Assembly: GCA_003971905.1 (NCBI GenBank)
Contig: RSEE01000075.1
Location: 124,001 to 188,000, forward strand
DNA from: Moniliella sp. 'wahieum'
Lineage: Eukaryota
Reading direction: 5' to 3'
DNA: 64,000 nucleotides
The translations under genes were made by a program, and so were the position numbers. This document shows, one piece after another, positions 1 through 12,282 of the stretch. The notes under the pieces are model-generated. The model ran no database searches and had not been told where the DNA came from. It saw only the letters and a list, made by a program, of their open reading frames with translations. Each line of letters begins with the position of its first letter. The stretch's first letter is position 1.

Positions 1-3000
1 CGGTTATAGCCTCGAGCAACCATTGAATCGCCAACTGTTTTGCGGAGGGGGCGTACCAGATGTTCTTTTGGCCTTGATATCAGCAAGCATGAGCGATCAG
101 ATTCGGCGCACCGGGGGGGCGACGGAGTTGCACCCTCTTGTTTCCTTGCCATTGAGGGAAGGTTCTGGCGATATCGCATGCGGCTGGCAGATTTTGTTTC
201 TTGGGGAGATGGTGATGGTGTCGCTGTAGGAGAGTTCAGCTAGGTGAACAGGTGTCTCTGTCCGGAAGTGGGCTTGAACTGATAAGACCTGGAGTGGATG
301 GTCTTTGAGGGTGATGCAATCGCACTGGTGGTGGTGGTGGTCTAAGCCACCAGCAACACCTACAAAGGACTAACAGCAAGCAGCGAGTCATCGCCACCAG
401 GGGCTAAGCTGCGGAACAAGGAAAAACAGGAGAGAGAAAACAACAGAACTCCCAGGCCTGAGGAGGAGCGAAGGACATTGGCCAAGCACGAGCCACCCGA
501 TGGCTCAACATGAACAACTGTCTGTCCGTTTACCTATTTCTCCCCATGCCAGGCAGTATGCGGGTCTTATTTTGCAGGGCTGGGCGCTCGCTGAGCCAGC
601 CGGAGCCCGAAGGCTGAGGTTACCGTAGGCTTACCAGTGACCGGTGAACAGTTAACGATTAACGTACTTTAACATGCTTCGTGCGAGCGACCCTGCCCCG
701 CACGGGCTTCAGCCGCCTCACGTCGCAGGGCAGCACAGCATGCTCTCCAGCACCATGCTTCTGTTTTGGGGGTGATGCATGATACAGGATGATCGCTGAA
801 ACAGCGGCCCATCAGGCCTCAATTTGAGGTGTACAGTCAATTCACGCTCCGCAAATCTCAGCTCGATCGACCCATGGGAATCCGACCCCTGGTGGGGAAG
901 CGACCACACAGCTGCATCCCTTTTAGGCGAATGCATGCCCCCGCCCACCACCTTTCCCGCCATCATCTTTCTGTCGAGCCAGTACTGCCACTCTACAATG
1001 CCTCCCTCCCGCACCGTCAGGACGCCCCAGTAACCAGCAACGCCGCTCGCCGCCGAGGGACACACGACGTATCAACCCTGAACCGGAGCCCATGGTGGAG
1101 ACTGCTTTCGAAGGTGACGAACCGTCCCCCGAAGACCACCTGGTGGCACCAGTGGGGTCAACAGCGATTCCGACATCGACTCCGACGGCGGGAGGGAAAA
1201 AAGGGGTACGAACCGAGAGTTACGTTGTAGTCCCTCCCTCCCTGGTCCCCGTGTTGGTTCGTGAAATGATTATGCGGTGTTGACCTCTGGTCATTTATGG
1301 CCAAGGTAACTTCCGAGTGACATCATGTGTGATGCGCGTGTGATGTTTTCTGAGCGGCGTTTCCGACTCCATGATGACTTGGATTCGCCACCGCCTTAGC
1401 AATTTGATCTCCATCGACCACCATCCCATTTGCTGCTCTTTGAGCTCTTCCTGGGCGTTAATATGCGGGGTCAATTGGACCAGCAGACGACGACGATGAA
1501 TAACGAAGAAGTTGCGCTGGATCTTGACGCTGACACCTTGTTCCCCCGCACAATGGCCGCTGACGAAGAGAGCTCCGTTAATCAGGACGAATTTGCTGGC
1601 ATTCCCCCTCTGATCTGGCCCTTTGGCCGGAGAATTGGATCCATATTTCATCGATCCCCTCGTTACAAGGGCAACATTGATCACTCAGCGAAAGGGAAAG
1701 CCGAGATCAAGACTCTTCGGGTTCTCTTTTTTGTCAATCAATGCGAAGCAGGAGTCGTTGGCCAAGGGCTTTACCATGTCCAACCCACGCCAGCATTTCC
1801 AACTCTTACTGGAGCACAAAAAGGTCAGGACCATCAGCTCTCGCCGCACACCCCAGGATTACTTTGAACTATACTGACACTTTCTCTTTCCATGAACGGA
1901 TCGCCACTGACAGAAATGGTACAAATGGCTCGCGATATGGGTTTGTCTGCATCCCGAGAGCAGGATCGGCAATATTAAGGATTTAGGCTTGGTTTTCCGC
2001 CCGCAAGCGGCTTATTCCCCGCGACGTCTGGAAGAGTTCACTTTTGACGGACAACTCCTGGCCCATATCGGTCGTGTGACAAAAAGTTTGTCCAAGTTCT
2101 GTTGACGGTGTTCCTGAAGCCGACTTAGTCGACCATGCGTCGTCGCATTTTCGATTTGGCGGGTACATTTTTATGCTTATACACTGGTCATGACTTGCTA
2201 CCCCCTAACCTAACCCATTGCTTTTTGGAGGAGAAGGTGGCCACAGGAGAGATGGTGGATGTGTAGTCCTGGGTGCGGAAGGGGCATCAAGTTGAAGAGC
2301 AACGTTTAAGGCCGCGATGGCGAAAGTTGATGTGGCCGCAGGCCAGAATGGACACCCTAACCCACCCAAAAAATGCATTTGATCGAACTTAGGATTAAAC
2401 AGGTGCGAATTTCTTGGATATACCCTTGGCGCAAACGGTTAAGCTAAGTACTTCTATTAGCGAGATTGGATACTGGCCAAACGCACTACAGCTTATGGCC
2501 GTGCTTTTAAACCATTTCTTCCGGGAACTTGGTTTTATCCCATACCAACCCCGCAGCCGTGTGACTGGCTGAATTTTTTTTCTTGATCCGTTTTCCTTTC
2601 CTTCTTGATTACTTTCTGGACGTTGTTCCACTGTCATATCTGTCTTGAATCATTTTATCTCAGGTCTGCAATCCTAATCAAGTCGCTGCGGGGGACGTAG
2701 ACTAATAGAAGCAGAAGAAGCCGGCAAGTCAGGAAGATTCGGGACAAAATCTGGAAGCTGGAACCAACCGTGTCAACCACCTCGGCCGTCCAACATATTA
2801 AGGGCCGCCCCATTCACAAGTGTCATTTAGATTGGAGGGAACAAGCTTCATTTGGACACAACGGAGTTCATCATGGATCGTTGGACCCCTTGAGGTCGAT
2901 ACAATCCAGGCGAGAGAAACAATAAGGAGGCTTTTTGTTGGCGGCGGGGCTCAAATCCCATCCACATTTGCACATGACATTCCAAGAAATGCGTCCGCCC

Positions 3001-4160
3001 ACGTAGGGAGAGACGATCGCCTTCCCCAGCTCAAAGGGTGTGCGTGTGTGTCTTCCGGTGGGCTGGCATGAGCTCCCTCATGCGCGCGTCTCTCCCACAG
3101 AATCCCTTCATCGTTGAGAAAACCAAGATCGCCTATGAGGGTAATACGACGCTCTTCCTTCTTTTCATCCCTGAGTGTACCGTCAAAGCGACAATTGACT
3201 GCGTTGCCCGCATCTCGCTCCAAACCTAGTTGTCTAGCACGCCCATGTATCCTTTTGGGCGTTGGGAGTCCCAGCGATTGGAAACATTTGTCTTCGCCGT
3301 CTCCGTCCCTCGCATTCTATCCATCGGACTTCAGGGTGGAAAGGAGCTCCAAGACGAGGCAAACGGCCTGATGGGCTTCCGCGGCAGGAGGTGTCCATTT
3401 TTAGAATGCGAACGGTCGCACAGCCAAACCTGGGAGGAAGAGTTGGATTGCCTCCGAGCAGAGGGAGAGCCGATTATTACGGGACGGCTTTCTGAATTGA
3501 TGCAACACCTGGTCCAGATGTGCGATTGTTGGGTCCATCTACTGTGGACTAACGGTCTAAAAGCGCAAAACTCAATCGAAAGTCAGTCGAGGATGGATGC
3601 TGTTACAGACCACAGTACTGATCCGATTCTATCTAAAACCAAAGACTCGATGCTTCGTCCAATCTTACCAGATCTCGCTCCCAAAACCAAAAACTCTGTT
3701 GCGATCTTGGAACGGTCGTGTCACGTGCGGGCGCCGCCAGGGGGCCCGCCCTGGGGTTTTTGGGGTACAATCCCTTAGGCGACGGTAGGTCGACTCACGG
3801 TAGTTTCGGGCTTAGGCTGGTTGGTGTGTCCGAGCGGAGCTAGGGACGAGGAGAGGCCTTTGGTGGGGCGGCTGCACGTGTGGCAAGGCTGCGTCTGCAC
3901 CGGCTTGGGCCGTAGTAACGTGTCTGAAGCCTCCGGGACTTAGGGATGGGAGGAGGCAGCGGCGGACAAACACTGCCTTAACTGGGACTGGGAATCGCCG
4001 CGACCGAAGGAGGGCTCGCGCGATTGGACTGACGAAGGGCTGGAGGACGAGGTCGGAGGAGATGTCGGGCGCTAACAAGAGGAGCTGCTTGTACTGGATC
4101 AATTGGCTGGAAAACGGGCAGGAGTCGGACAGGATAGGCGGGAAGGGACGAGGGTGGAGA

Positions 4161-4215
4161 CGAGAGATGACGAGAGATGACGAGAGATGACGAGAGATGA
4201 CGAGAGATGACGAGA
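4161..4215. repeat. 10-bp tandem repeat (CGAGAGATGA)x5.5
   Basis: Five perfect consecutive copies plus a partial copy, read directly. Confidence 0.95.
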
Positions 4216-5772
4216 ATGGATGGTGGGGGAAAAGATCCCCATCAACCAGGGGTACAGGTAGGATCAAAAGGGAAACGGATACAAGAGGGGGTGTAGAAAG
4301 GAAGACATGTCAAAAGCGGGGTTGGTCGCCGCAGGCGCGACCGAGAAAGGAAAAGGAAACGGGGACGGGGCGACAGTCGTCGCCACGGCACTGGAAGCTC
4401 GGTGGCCTTATTTAGGCCGGCCGACTTGGACTTGGGCGGGAGGCGACTATTGTCGCACGGAGCATGACCCTTCGGGCCACGGTACTTATTTAGCCAACCG
4501 TCATCACACTTGGTTGGCCTGCGGTGCACGCTCTACTGGGCATGTGCGGAGCAGGCGGGCCTTAGCTTGGGTCGGACCATCTTGGGTCCGCCGCAGCCCG
4601 TGACAGGTCGTACCATGTCCGGTGGCCCGAACTGCCCTTGACCTACGGATCCTTGGCGATGACAATCGCGTCTCGCCTGTTTGTATTTGCCGTTCTTACC
4701 CCCGTTTCGTCTTGCGGATGGAGCGCCGCGAGGCCGCTTCTTTCCTTGTTCCCCGCCCAAGAACGGTCTCCCTCGTGGCGGCTGTTCCCCAGTTCCTTGC
4801 CAATCCCTTTCTCCTTCTAATGATTGTGTGTTTTGTTTAGCTCCCCCCCCCTCCTCCTAGTATCTTCAGCAAGCCATCCTACCGTAGAGGCCACACTCCA
4901 CCTTCTCATAGATCCCTCTTCGATCCTCTGATGCTTTCCGCCTTTTTTCGCCTATCATCTCTCAGCTGCACAGCTCATCCGGCTTTCCCGCATCCAAAAT
5001 CCGTGGAGCTTTCGGTCCTGGTGCTTTTCTTCTCAGTCCCAGTCCAACAGGTTCGGGTATAATAGCGTTCTGTACCCCGTTGCTTCATGGGACACGTTAC
5101 CTACCGCCCAGATCGGGGTGCCGATACATCCTTATCACACAAGCCGCCCTCTGCTGTACGTGAGCCGCTATCGCGCGCGGATCCACCCACAAAAGCCCAT
5201 GCACGAACTAGCCTCTGTTCTCCAAGGGATTGCAGAGCAAGCCTTCTAGTTGGGACGTGCGGGTGCTGCGATGGGCGATACAAACGCGCGAGGGGATGGG
5301 AACTGCGAGGCGCGAGCACTGGCGGTCGGATGAGCGGATGCGGCACTGGAGCTGTTGCTCACTTGGTGTAGTCAGTTGCTCGTGCGGCTGGATAGAAGTG
5401 TGGGTAGGGGGGGGGCTCGGCTGGTACGATTGCGCGCGGCGGCACGGTGCGAGTGTGCTGTCGCCGCGGGCAGACGTCACCTGGCAAACCCTCTGTCTGC
5501 CCGAACCAGCAGCCCTCGCCCGTCTGAGGCCGCGGCTGCGGATCGGGTGGGGTGCAGCCATGCGCTCGCCAGGGGCGATGGGGAGAGGGGATCGGGGATC
5601 CCCGGGCGATGGAGGCGGTCCGCGTGGGTCGTAGTGAGCCGTAGTGAGCATCGCTGGCTGCAGCCAGACTGCGACGCCAAGCAGCGCTTACGTCAGGGCG
5701 GCTTGCATGGCGCCAGTGTGGCGCGCGTCGTCTGCGTGCCCAGCGCCCACCACCCTCGTCCGCGCCGCCGCC

Positions 5773-8493
5773 ATGTTCGCCGCGCTCGGGCTCACCCTCC
5801 CCGCCCCCGCGCACACCCCCCCAGCCCCTCCGCCTCGGCCGCACCAACGAGCCCCACATCGCCGACGGCCGCCTCTCGCCCGCCGCCTCCGCCCCCTCAC
5901 CCTCACCCTCCTCCGCCGCCCAGCCACCGCCGCCCTTGAACCCCGCCAGCCCCTTCCCCGACCTGGCGGGCTTCCTGGGCGACATGGCCGCTCCGCTCCG
6001 CCCGCTCGGCCTTTGCGCCGCTCCGCACCCTCGCCCAGCCCCTCGACCCCCAGCCCCACCCGCCCCACACCCCATCCCGCTCCGCCGGCGCCCTTGACCC
6101 CCATCTCGGCGTCTCCGCCGCCCCCCTCGCTCCCCAGCAGCCAGCCGGCCCCGCGCTCCCTCGACCACGCCCGCCCTCCGTCCCCGCCCCCCCGCGCGCA
6201 CGCCCCAAATCCAAACGCCCCAGGCCGCCGCCCGAACAGCTGGTCATTGTAGGTGCCCCCCCCCCCCCCCCCTCGCTGCTTGAGCCCCGGCGGGCCACAC
6301 GCAACGCGCTGACCTGACCTGCCCCCCTCTGCGTTCCTCCCAGGTCCGCCCGCCGTCGTCGACCAAGCATGCCCAGTCGTACAACTTGCAAGTCCAGCTT
6401 GTCTCGCGGCGCAATCGCGACCGCGGAAACACGGCGAGCTCGCGCGCGTCCAGCTCCAGTGTCGGTATCGATTCCGCCCGGCGGAGCATGGAGAGCGTGT
6501 CGAGCCAGACCAGCACGCTTCCGCCCGACCCGGCGCTGGAGGACGAAGCGCCGCGGATGGTGTCGTCCGAGTCGGCTGACACGCGTCTCTCGCCCGACGG
6601 GCCTGGTCGAAGGGCGTCCATCTCCTCCAACCGTAGCCAGCAGTCGGTCGATACCTTTTCGGGCTTTGGCTCGTCGCTTTCGATCAACTCGACCGTGTCC
6701 GCCACGGGCACTGGGACTGGTGGTACCGGCCACCGGTCCAGGGTGATCCCGCTGTACAACCTTACCTTTCATTCTCTCCTGCCTTCCATCATCTCGGATG
6801 CCGGCACGGACGAGCGCGTGGCGAGGGTCAACAAGCGCGGGCACATTGAGCTTGAAGGGCTGGCGATTTTTGAGCCGGCTGAACTAGTGGTGGGCGTCAA
6901 CGATATTGACACGGTCTTGCGATCTCGTCCAGCAGCCCGGTCGGCCCTCGCGGCGCCTGTGCACTCGACCCCGCTAGAACTGGTGAGTGAAGTGGCTGCG
7001 TCCAGCTCGCCCGACCAAGACGGGAGTGTCCAGAGCACGGGGATCCTCAGTCCCACCATCTCCCTCAACGGCGTCCCAGCCAAAGTGGCCGAGGCGGGCA
7101 ACCTATCGCCCCATGGGCATGCACGGCGACAGGCCAGCACGCGGCCTCACTCTGCCCAGGCCATTGCGCCCCCGCCTTCTGCGGGGGTGGTTGTGCGATC
7201 GCAAACGGCGGTGGACGGGATAGATGGCACGAGGGAGATTCGAGGTGCTGGCGCCTTACCCTTACCCTCGCCTTCGCCTTCGCCTTCGCCTTCGCCGCCT
7301 CGTCCTCCAAGCAAGGCGGTAAGTTTCTGACAGGGTTCAAGAAACTGATGGCACCGCGTTCGCCTGTGCGACCTTCGCCTGTACCGAGCGAGGCGGTGCG
7401 TGCGCCACCGCGTACGCTCACCCCGCCCGACTTGGACGAGTTGGCACGCACGAGTCTCAATCTAGATGGGGCATTTGGAGCGTCGCTACTGGGGACCGTG
7501 TTGGGGGATGGGGTACCGATGTGGCCCGTGGAGAAGAGAGCGACGCCTCCTGTGGGGTACGTGTGGTCGGTGCGCAAGTGGTTGCGCAAAGCATCGGTAT
7601 CGTCATTATCGTCGGTACCGTCTGCCCTCCCGTTAGGGGGTACACCTACGTCTCCTGCGCCGCTTTTGCGTCCCAAAGGCAGTCAGGTCAGTTTCCACAG
7701 CACGTCCAGTGCCGATGGTTCTTTTCCCCGGATCTGGTCGCGGTTCAATTTGGTCGAGCGGGCGGGCGGGAGCGACCCAGCCCCGTTACCCGGTACAGTT
7801 CCCATTCGGGTCGAGTGGATCCGGGACTCGTCGCGTGCCAAGCGGGAGCGAGCGGCGCAGCAAGCTCGAGCGGTTGCGTTGGCTTCCGCACCAGCGGGTA
7901 CCGCTCACGCCCACCCTTCTGCTTCTCCGGTCCGACGGGAGGTGGGGTTGGGCGGGACAGACGCAGAAGTTGGCGGGAGCGGGGTAGCTAGTGCACCCGT
8001 ATCGCCGGCGATGCGGCCGGTGCATAAGCGGGGTACGTCGTTAGATGCGCCTCGAGGCCGGAGCGGTGCGCGCGGGCGACTTGTGGTTGATCCGATGCAC
8101 CGTCCCACCGCCGCACCCGGGGCACCTAGCGCATCCAGCGCCTCTCGGTCGCCCTACCGTCGCGCGACGAGCAGCGTGCGTGGTGACCAGGACGGGAATG
8201 GGAGTGGGGACGAGTCGGACCCGGAAGATTCCGAGACGCCATGGCGGTGTGCGTTGGTGTTAGGATCGTATACGAGAATTCCGTTGGCGCTCTTGACGCC
8301 TACGCCGCACCATCCGCGTCTGGTAGCGCACTTGACCGTGCCGTTCCCGCTGCCGGACTTGACGGGTTCAGGGCTGGGTCCGGACCGCGGCGGCATGTCG
8401 CCCGAAGAGTTGAAGGATGTAGCGTCGGTCACTGCGCTGCACCTCGTCGTGCGCGAAGGGTTTGGCGCCATGGCCAAGGCCAAAAAGGGGTAG
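5773..8493 (+). CDS. Conserved Basidiomycota-type hypothetical protein
   Basis: GCCGCCATG at 5773 (start tentative). Intron 6249-6343 (GTAGGT..CTGAC..CAG) joins LVI|VRPPSSTKHAQSYNLQVQLV. Blocks RVIPLYNLTFH..DAGTDERVARV and DPEDSETPWRC..PTPHHPRLVAHLTVPFPLPD..LVVREGFG recall an uncharacterised basidiomycete family. Frameshift near 7250-7320. Confidence 0.7.
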
Positions 8494-9144
8494 CCAGGCG
8501 CCCCAGGCCCACAAGCGGTAGTAAGGGGAAGCAAAGGTGTACGTGGGGTAGAAGGGGTTCGGCTTGGTTCCCTCTCTCTCTCCCCCTCTTTATCTCTCTT
8601 TCTCTCCTTCTCTCCCTTTCCCTCTCCTTTTCTTTTTCTGGGTTTACGGATGGGTTTACGGGTTGCGCCGCGCCGGCTGTGGCGCGTACGTGCACGTGCA
8701 TGCGCAGTTGGAGCTGGGAATCGCGCGGCCCAGCGGGGTCTTGGCCCGATGCGGTTTGTCCACAGGGGTGGTGCCCGGATGGAGTTGGCCCCGATGGATG
8801 CGGGTGCGGGTGGGCGGTACCATCCTGGTTGCACTTGGTTGCGCTTGGTCACCGTGGGGTAGGGTGGGGTGCGCTCACCTCTTAAGCACTGCACTGCACC
8901 CTCCACGGCGGGAGGGAAGATCGCAAGAATCAAGCGTCAAGAGTCAAGAGGTTACCACCCTAAGCAAACCTATCTATATCTATTCACCAGCCCGACCCAT
9001 TAAGCCCACCTCGCTCCTCGGTTCTCTTTGGCTCTCTTTGGTTCCCTCCCCCCCTCCCCCCTGCCACCCTGCCAGCCATGTTGGTTGCCATCCCGATATT
9101 GTGTGGCCGCGGATCACTTGGGTCCCCACCACCCTTGCCGCCGC

Positions 9145-9347
9145 CCTTACCCTTACCTTTGCCCTTACTCTTACTCTTACTCTTACTCTTACTCTACTCT
9201 TACTCTTACTCTTACTCTTACTCTTACTCTTACTCTTACTCTTACTCTTACTCTTACTCTTACTCTTACTCTTACTCTTACTCTTACTCTTACTCTTACT
9301 CTTACTCTTACTCTTACTCTTACTCTTACTCTTACTCTTACTCTTAC
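9145..9347. repeat. Hexamer microsatellite (CTTACT)n, about 30 copies with a degenerate CCTTAC lead-in
   Basis: Read directly. It creates the poly-L, YS, TL, KS and VR ORFs in the track. Confidence 0.97.
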
Positions 9348-12193
9348 CACTGTACCATTGTGGCTGGTGCCACACACACTCTTTCCCCCCCTCGTGTCGT
9401 ATTCATTGGTGGCGCATTGCGATTCCTCTCCCCCGGGTATCCTGCCGGTGTACCTCTCGCTCGGTCGGGGCAGGCGCAGGCAGGCTAGTCGCACACGCAG
9501 GTGGGAGATTAGATGGCGGTGACGATGATGATGTTCTGGGATGGGATGGGATCAATCTTCGGATTGATTGGATTCAAGTGGATCGTGTTGGTGTCAGAGG
9601 TCGGGACGGGTACGATTGGGTGGTAGACGCTAGGGACTCTTATACGCGCATCGGAGATATCGGGTGCAAGGGGATAGTAAAGATGGGTCGTGTGAGGTAT
9701 GACATCACATGTCACACCATTGTGAGAATGCAACGCCAATGTGGGGTTCTACTTTCTATGTGCGGAGGTCCAAGCGGGGCGAAAAGCACAAAGGGCGGGG
9801 CGAACGAACAACTAACTGTGTGCTCGCTACTCGCTCTCTGTGCTAGACTGCAGCTGGGAAACGCTATGGGCAGCACGAGAGATAAGCTTCAAGGCGTGCA
9901 AGAAGGCAGGGCAGTCAGCCACAAGTCCTTCAAGCAAGCTGAAGGGAAGAAGATAAGAGTCAAGCAAGCAAGTCGGAACAGACAAAGGGGTGGCGTTGGC
10001 CACGCAAGGTGCGAATCACCCGAACCAGCGAGCATCACCGATCCATTGGAGAGAGTGCAGGTGAACCCTAGCACTACCCTCTAGCACTCTGGTGGACTCA
10101 GCACCAGCGCCGGCTGGAGCTGGATCAGAGCGCTCAGCCTCGTTCTTTCGGGCAAGGGCGGGTCTACAATCAACACGTACGACGTCGGAACGCTTCCCGC
10201 TGCTAGCGCTTATTACCGCATGCCGGTTACCGCTTACCGGTTCCCGTTCTCGATCGGATGGAGCTAAGAAGACACTCAGATACTCAGACACGCAGACATT
10301 CAGACATAGAGAAGACCAGAGAGCAAGCAGTTGGTGGTGAATTTACATCGCACATGACTAGCTACAGATCGGAGGCTAGAGAATATTCCTGCTCGCCAGG
10401 AAGGAATATATTGCACGGAGAATGATTAATGAACCAAAAGGTTCTGGACTTGGGCTATACCGGCGCCACCACGCCGATGTGGCGTCACAGCTAAGACGCG
10501 CAGACGCTCATCAGGTCGCCCTTGCTGTGAATTTGTCCCATGATGTCCATCCGCTCCATCCGCCTTGCGAGACGTGATCGTGATTGAAGATCCGATCCCA
10601 TGCACCATGATTGAGATCACATGCCACAGTGCACCAATATATGTCGCGCCGAAGACAACGGCTTTGGAGCCTGTTCCTGGTCTCTGTTTCTTTGTACAGA
10701 GAGCAGGACATTACATGCATTACGGTTACCGCGTCAAGGCGTCAAGGTAGAGAAGCGTTACGCGGTACGCGGTACGATACGACCAGGTTAGGACGGCGGG
10801 ATCGTCGCCAAGTGCCAGGACAACTGTCGCCGCCGAGGACATCGACATCTGGGGTTAGGAAAAAAAACTCCCCTAGAAGAGCGCTTAGACACTTACTAGG
10901 GAGGGGGGGTCTCTCTCTCGTACATTTCTTTTTTGTTTGCTGCCAGTTGCCAGCCACGCACCATGCACATCATGTGCCATGCTGTGGTGCGCGGTACGCG
11001 CGTCGGATGATCAGCGCGCAGCATGCTAAACAGCTAGTTCGGCTTGCGCGCGCATCATCTAGGTTCAGAACGTTCTGCGTGTTCTGTAGCAGAACCGTTC
11101 TTCAGGACTCTGATCGTACTCAGGCTGAAGCCGCAAGCCTCAAGCCTCCGGCCGGTCAACCGGTCAGCGGTCAATATAATGTTCTCAGAGGCCGCAGGGC
11201 TGGGAGAGTGGAAAACTCAGTTACCACGGACACGACTAGGAGGGCAGGCATGAGATACAGGAGGCGCGCAAGCTGAGCTCTCGAGACGCGGGGTGGTGGA
11301 TGCTGGCAGGCCGGGGCAGGTTGGGGTGTGTGGGGGGGGGATGAACCGAACGGATGGACGTGGGGAAGGATGATCGATTCGTGGTCTATATAGTGACCGG
11401 TGAGTACACCGAGTACTGAGTACGCCCGAGTGCTGAGTGACTTGTGAGTGTGACGTACTGAACGGTGAACCGCGCACACACTGAGCCCAGGCCTCGTACG
11501 TGGCCAGTAGCCACAGACCAGACACTGGCACTGACACTGACGCATGATGGACGGAGTGATTTTACCCGACCCCAAAATCTTGGCTTGGTGGGGCGGCTGC
11601 GGGGCGGGGAACTAAGAACCGTCCAAGGGCAGCGAGGAGGAACGCGCTCGATGGGCTGGCAGGGGGAGCCTGCCTGGCGTACCACAACAGGGGCTGAGTC
11701 GTGCTGAGTCTGGGCGTTGATGCGTTGACGTTGAATCGGCAGAATGGGACATGGCAGAGGGCAGATGGCAGAGGGACAAGAGTGCGATCTGAGATCCGAG
11801 ACGAGGCCGATTGTACGTATCTACCCGCGGCACAGTCGGGGTTCTTGGAGCCCGTCTCTGTTCTCGCCACTGGTCAGCTAGCCATCGAGTGAACCAACCA
11901 GTACCTATAGTAATCGAGGACTCAGTACTGAGGCTCAGTAACTCACTCCGTATATACCCACGAATCGAGTAAGCATCACTCATTCATCGTCGATCCCTGG
12001 ATGAACCGTGAATGGCGGATGATCGATGAAGCTTCAAGACCACTCCTCTCTCCCCACAATCCTGTTCGCTTAGCGTTTAGTCCGCTCCGCCCCACACGCG
12101 CTAACTGGCTAATCCTAATCCCCCCTGCATCGGATAGCCCCCGGTGTATAAAGAGGCTGGTGCATACATATACACCTGAGCGTGCGCGATCCG

Positions 12194-12226
<33 letters not shown>

Positions 12227-12282
12227 CCTCGTCCCCTGCCGCCCTCTCTTGACACCCACACCGACTCCTCACGACAGCCACG

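Noticed and set aside
2201..2366. CCCTAA-like motifs as a telomere remnant
   Set aside because: Only two or three imperfect, separated copies.
8564..10084. 506-aa ORF with a poly-Leu tract
   Set aside because: Held open by the (CTTACT)n microsatellite and low-complexity DNA; no recognisable domain.
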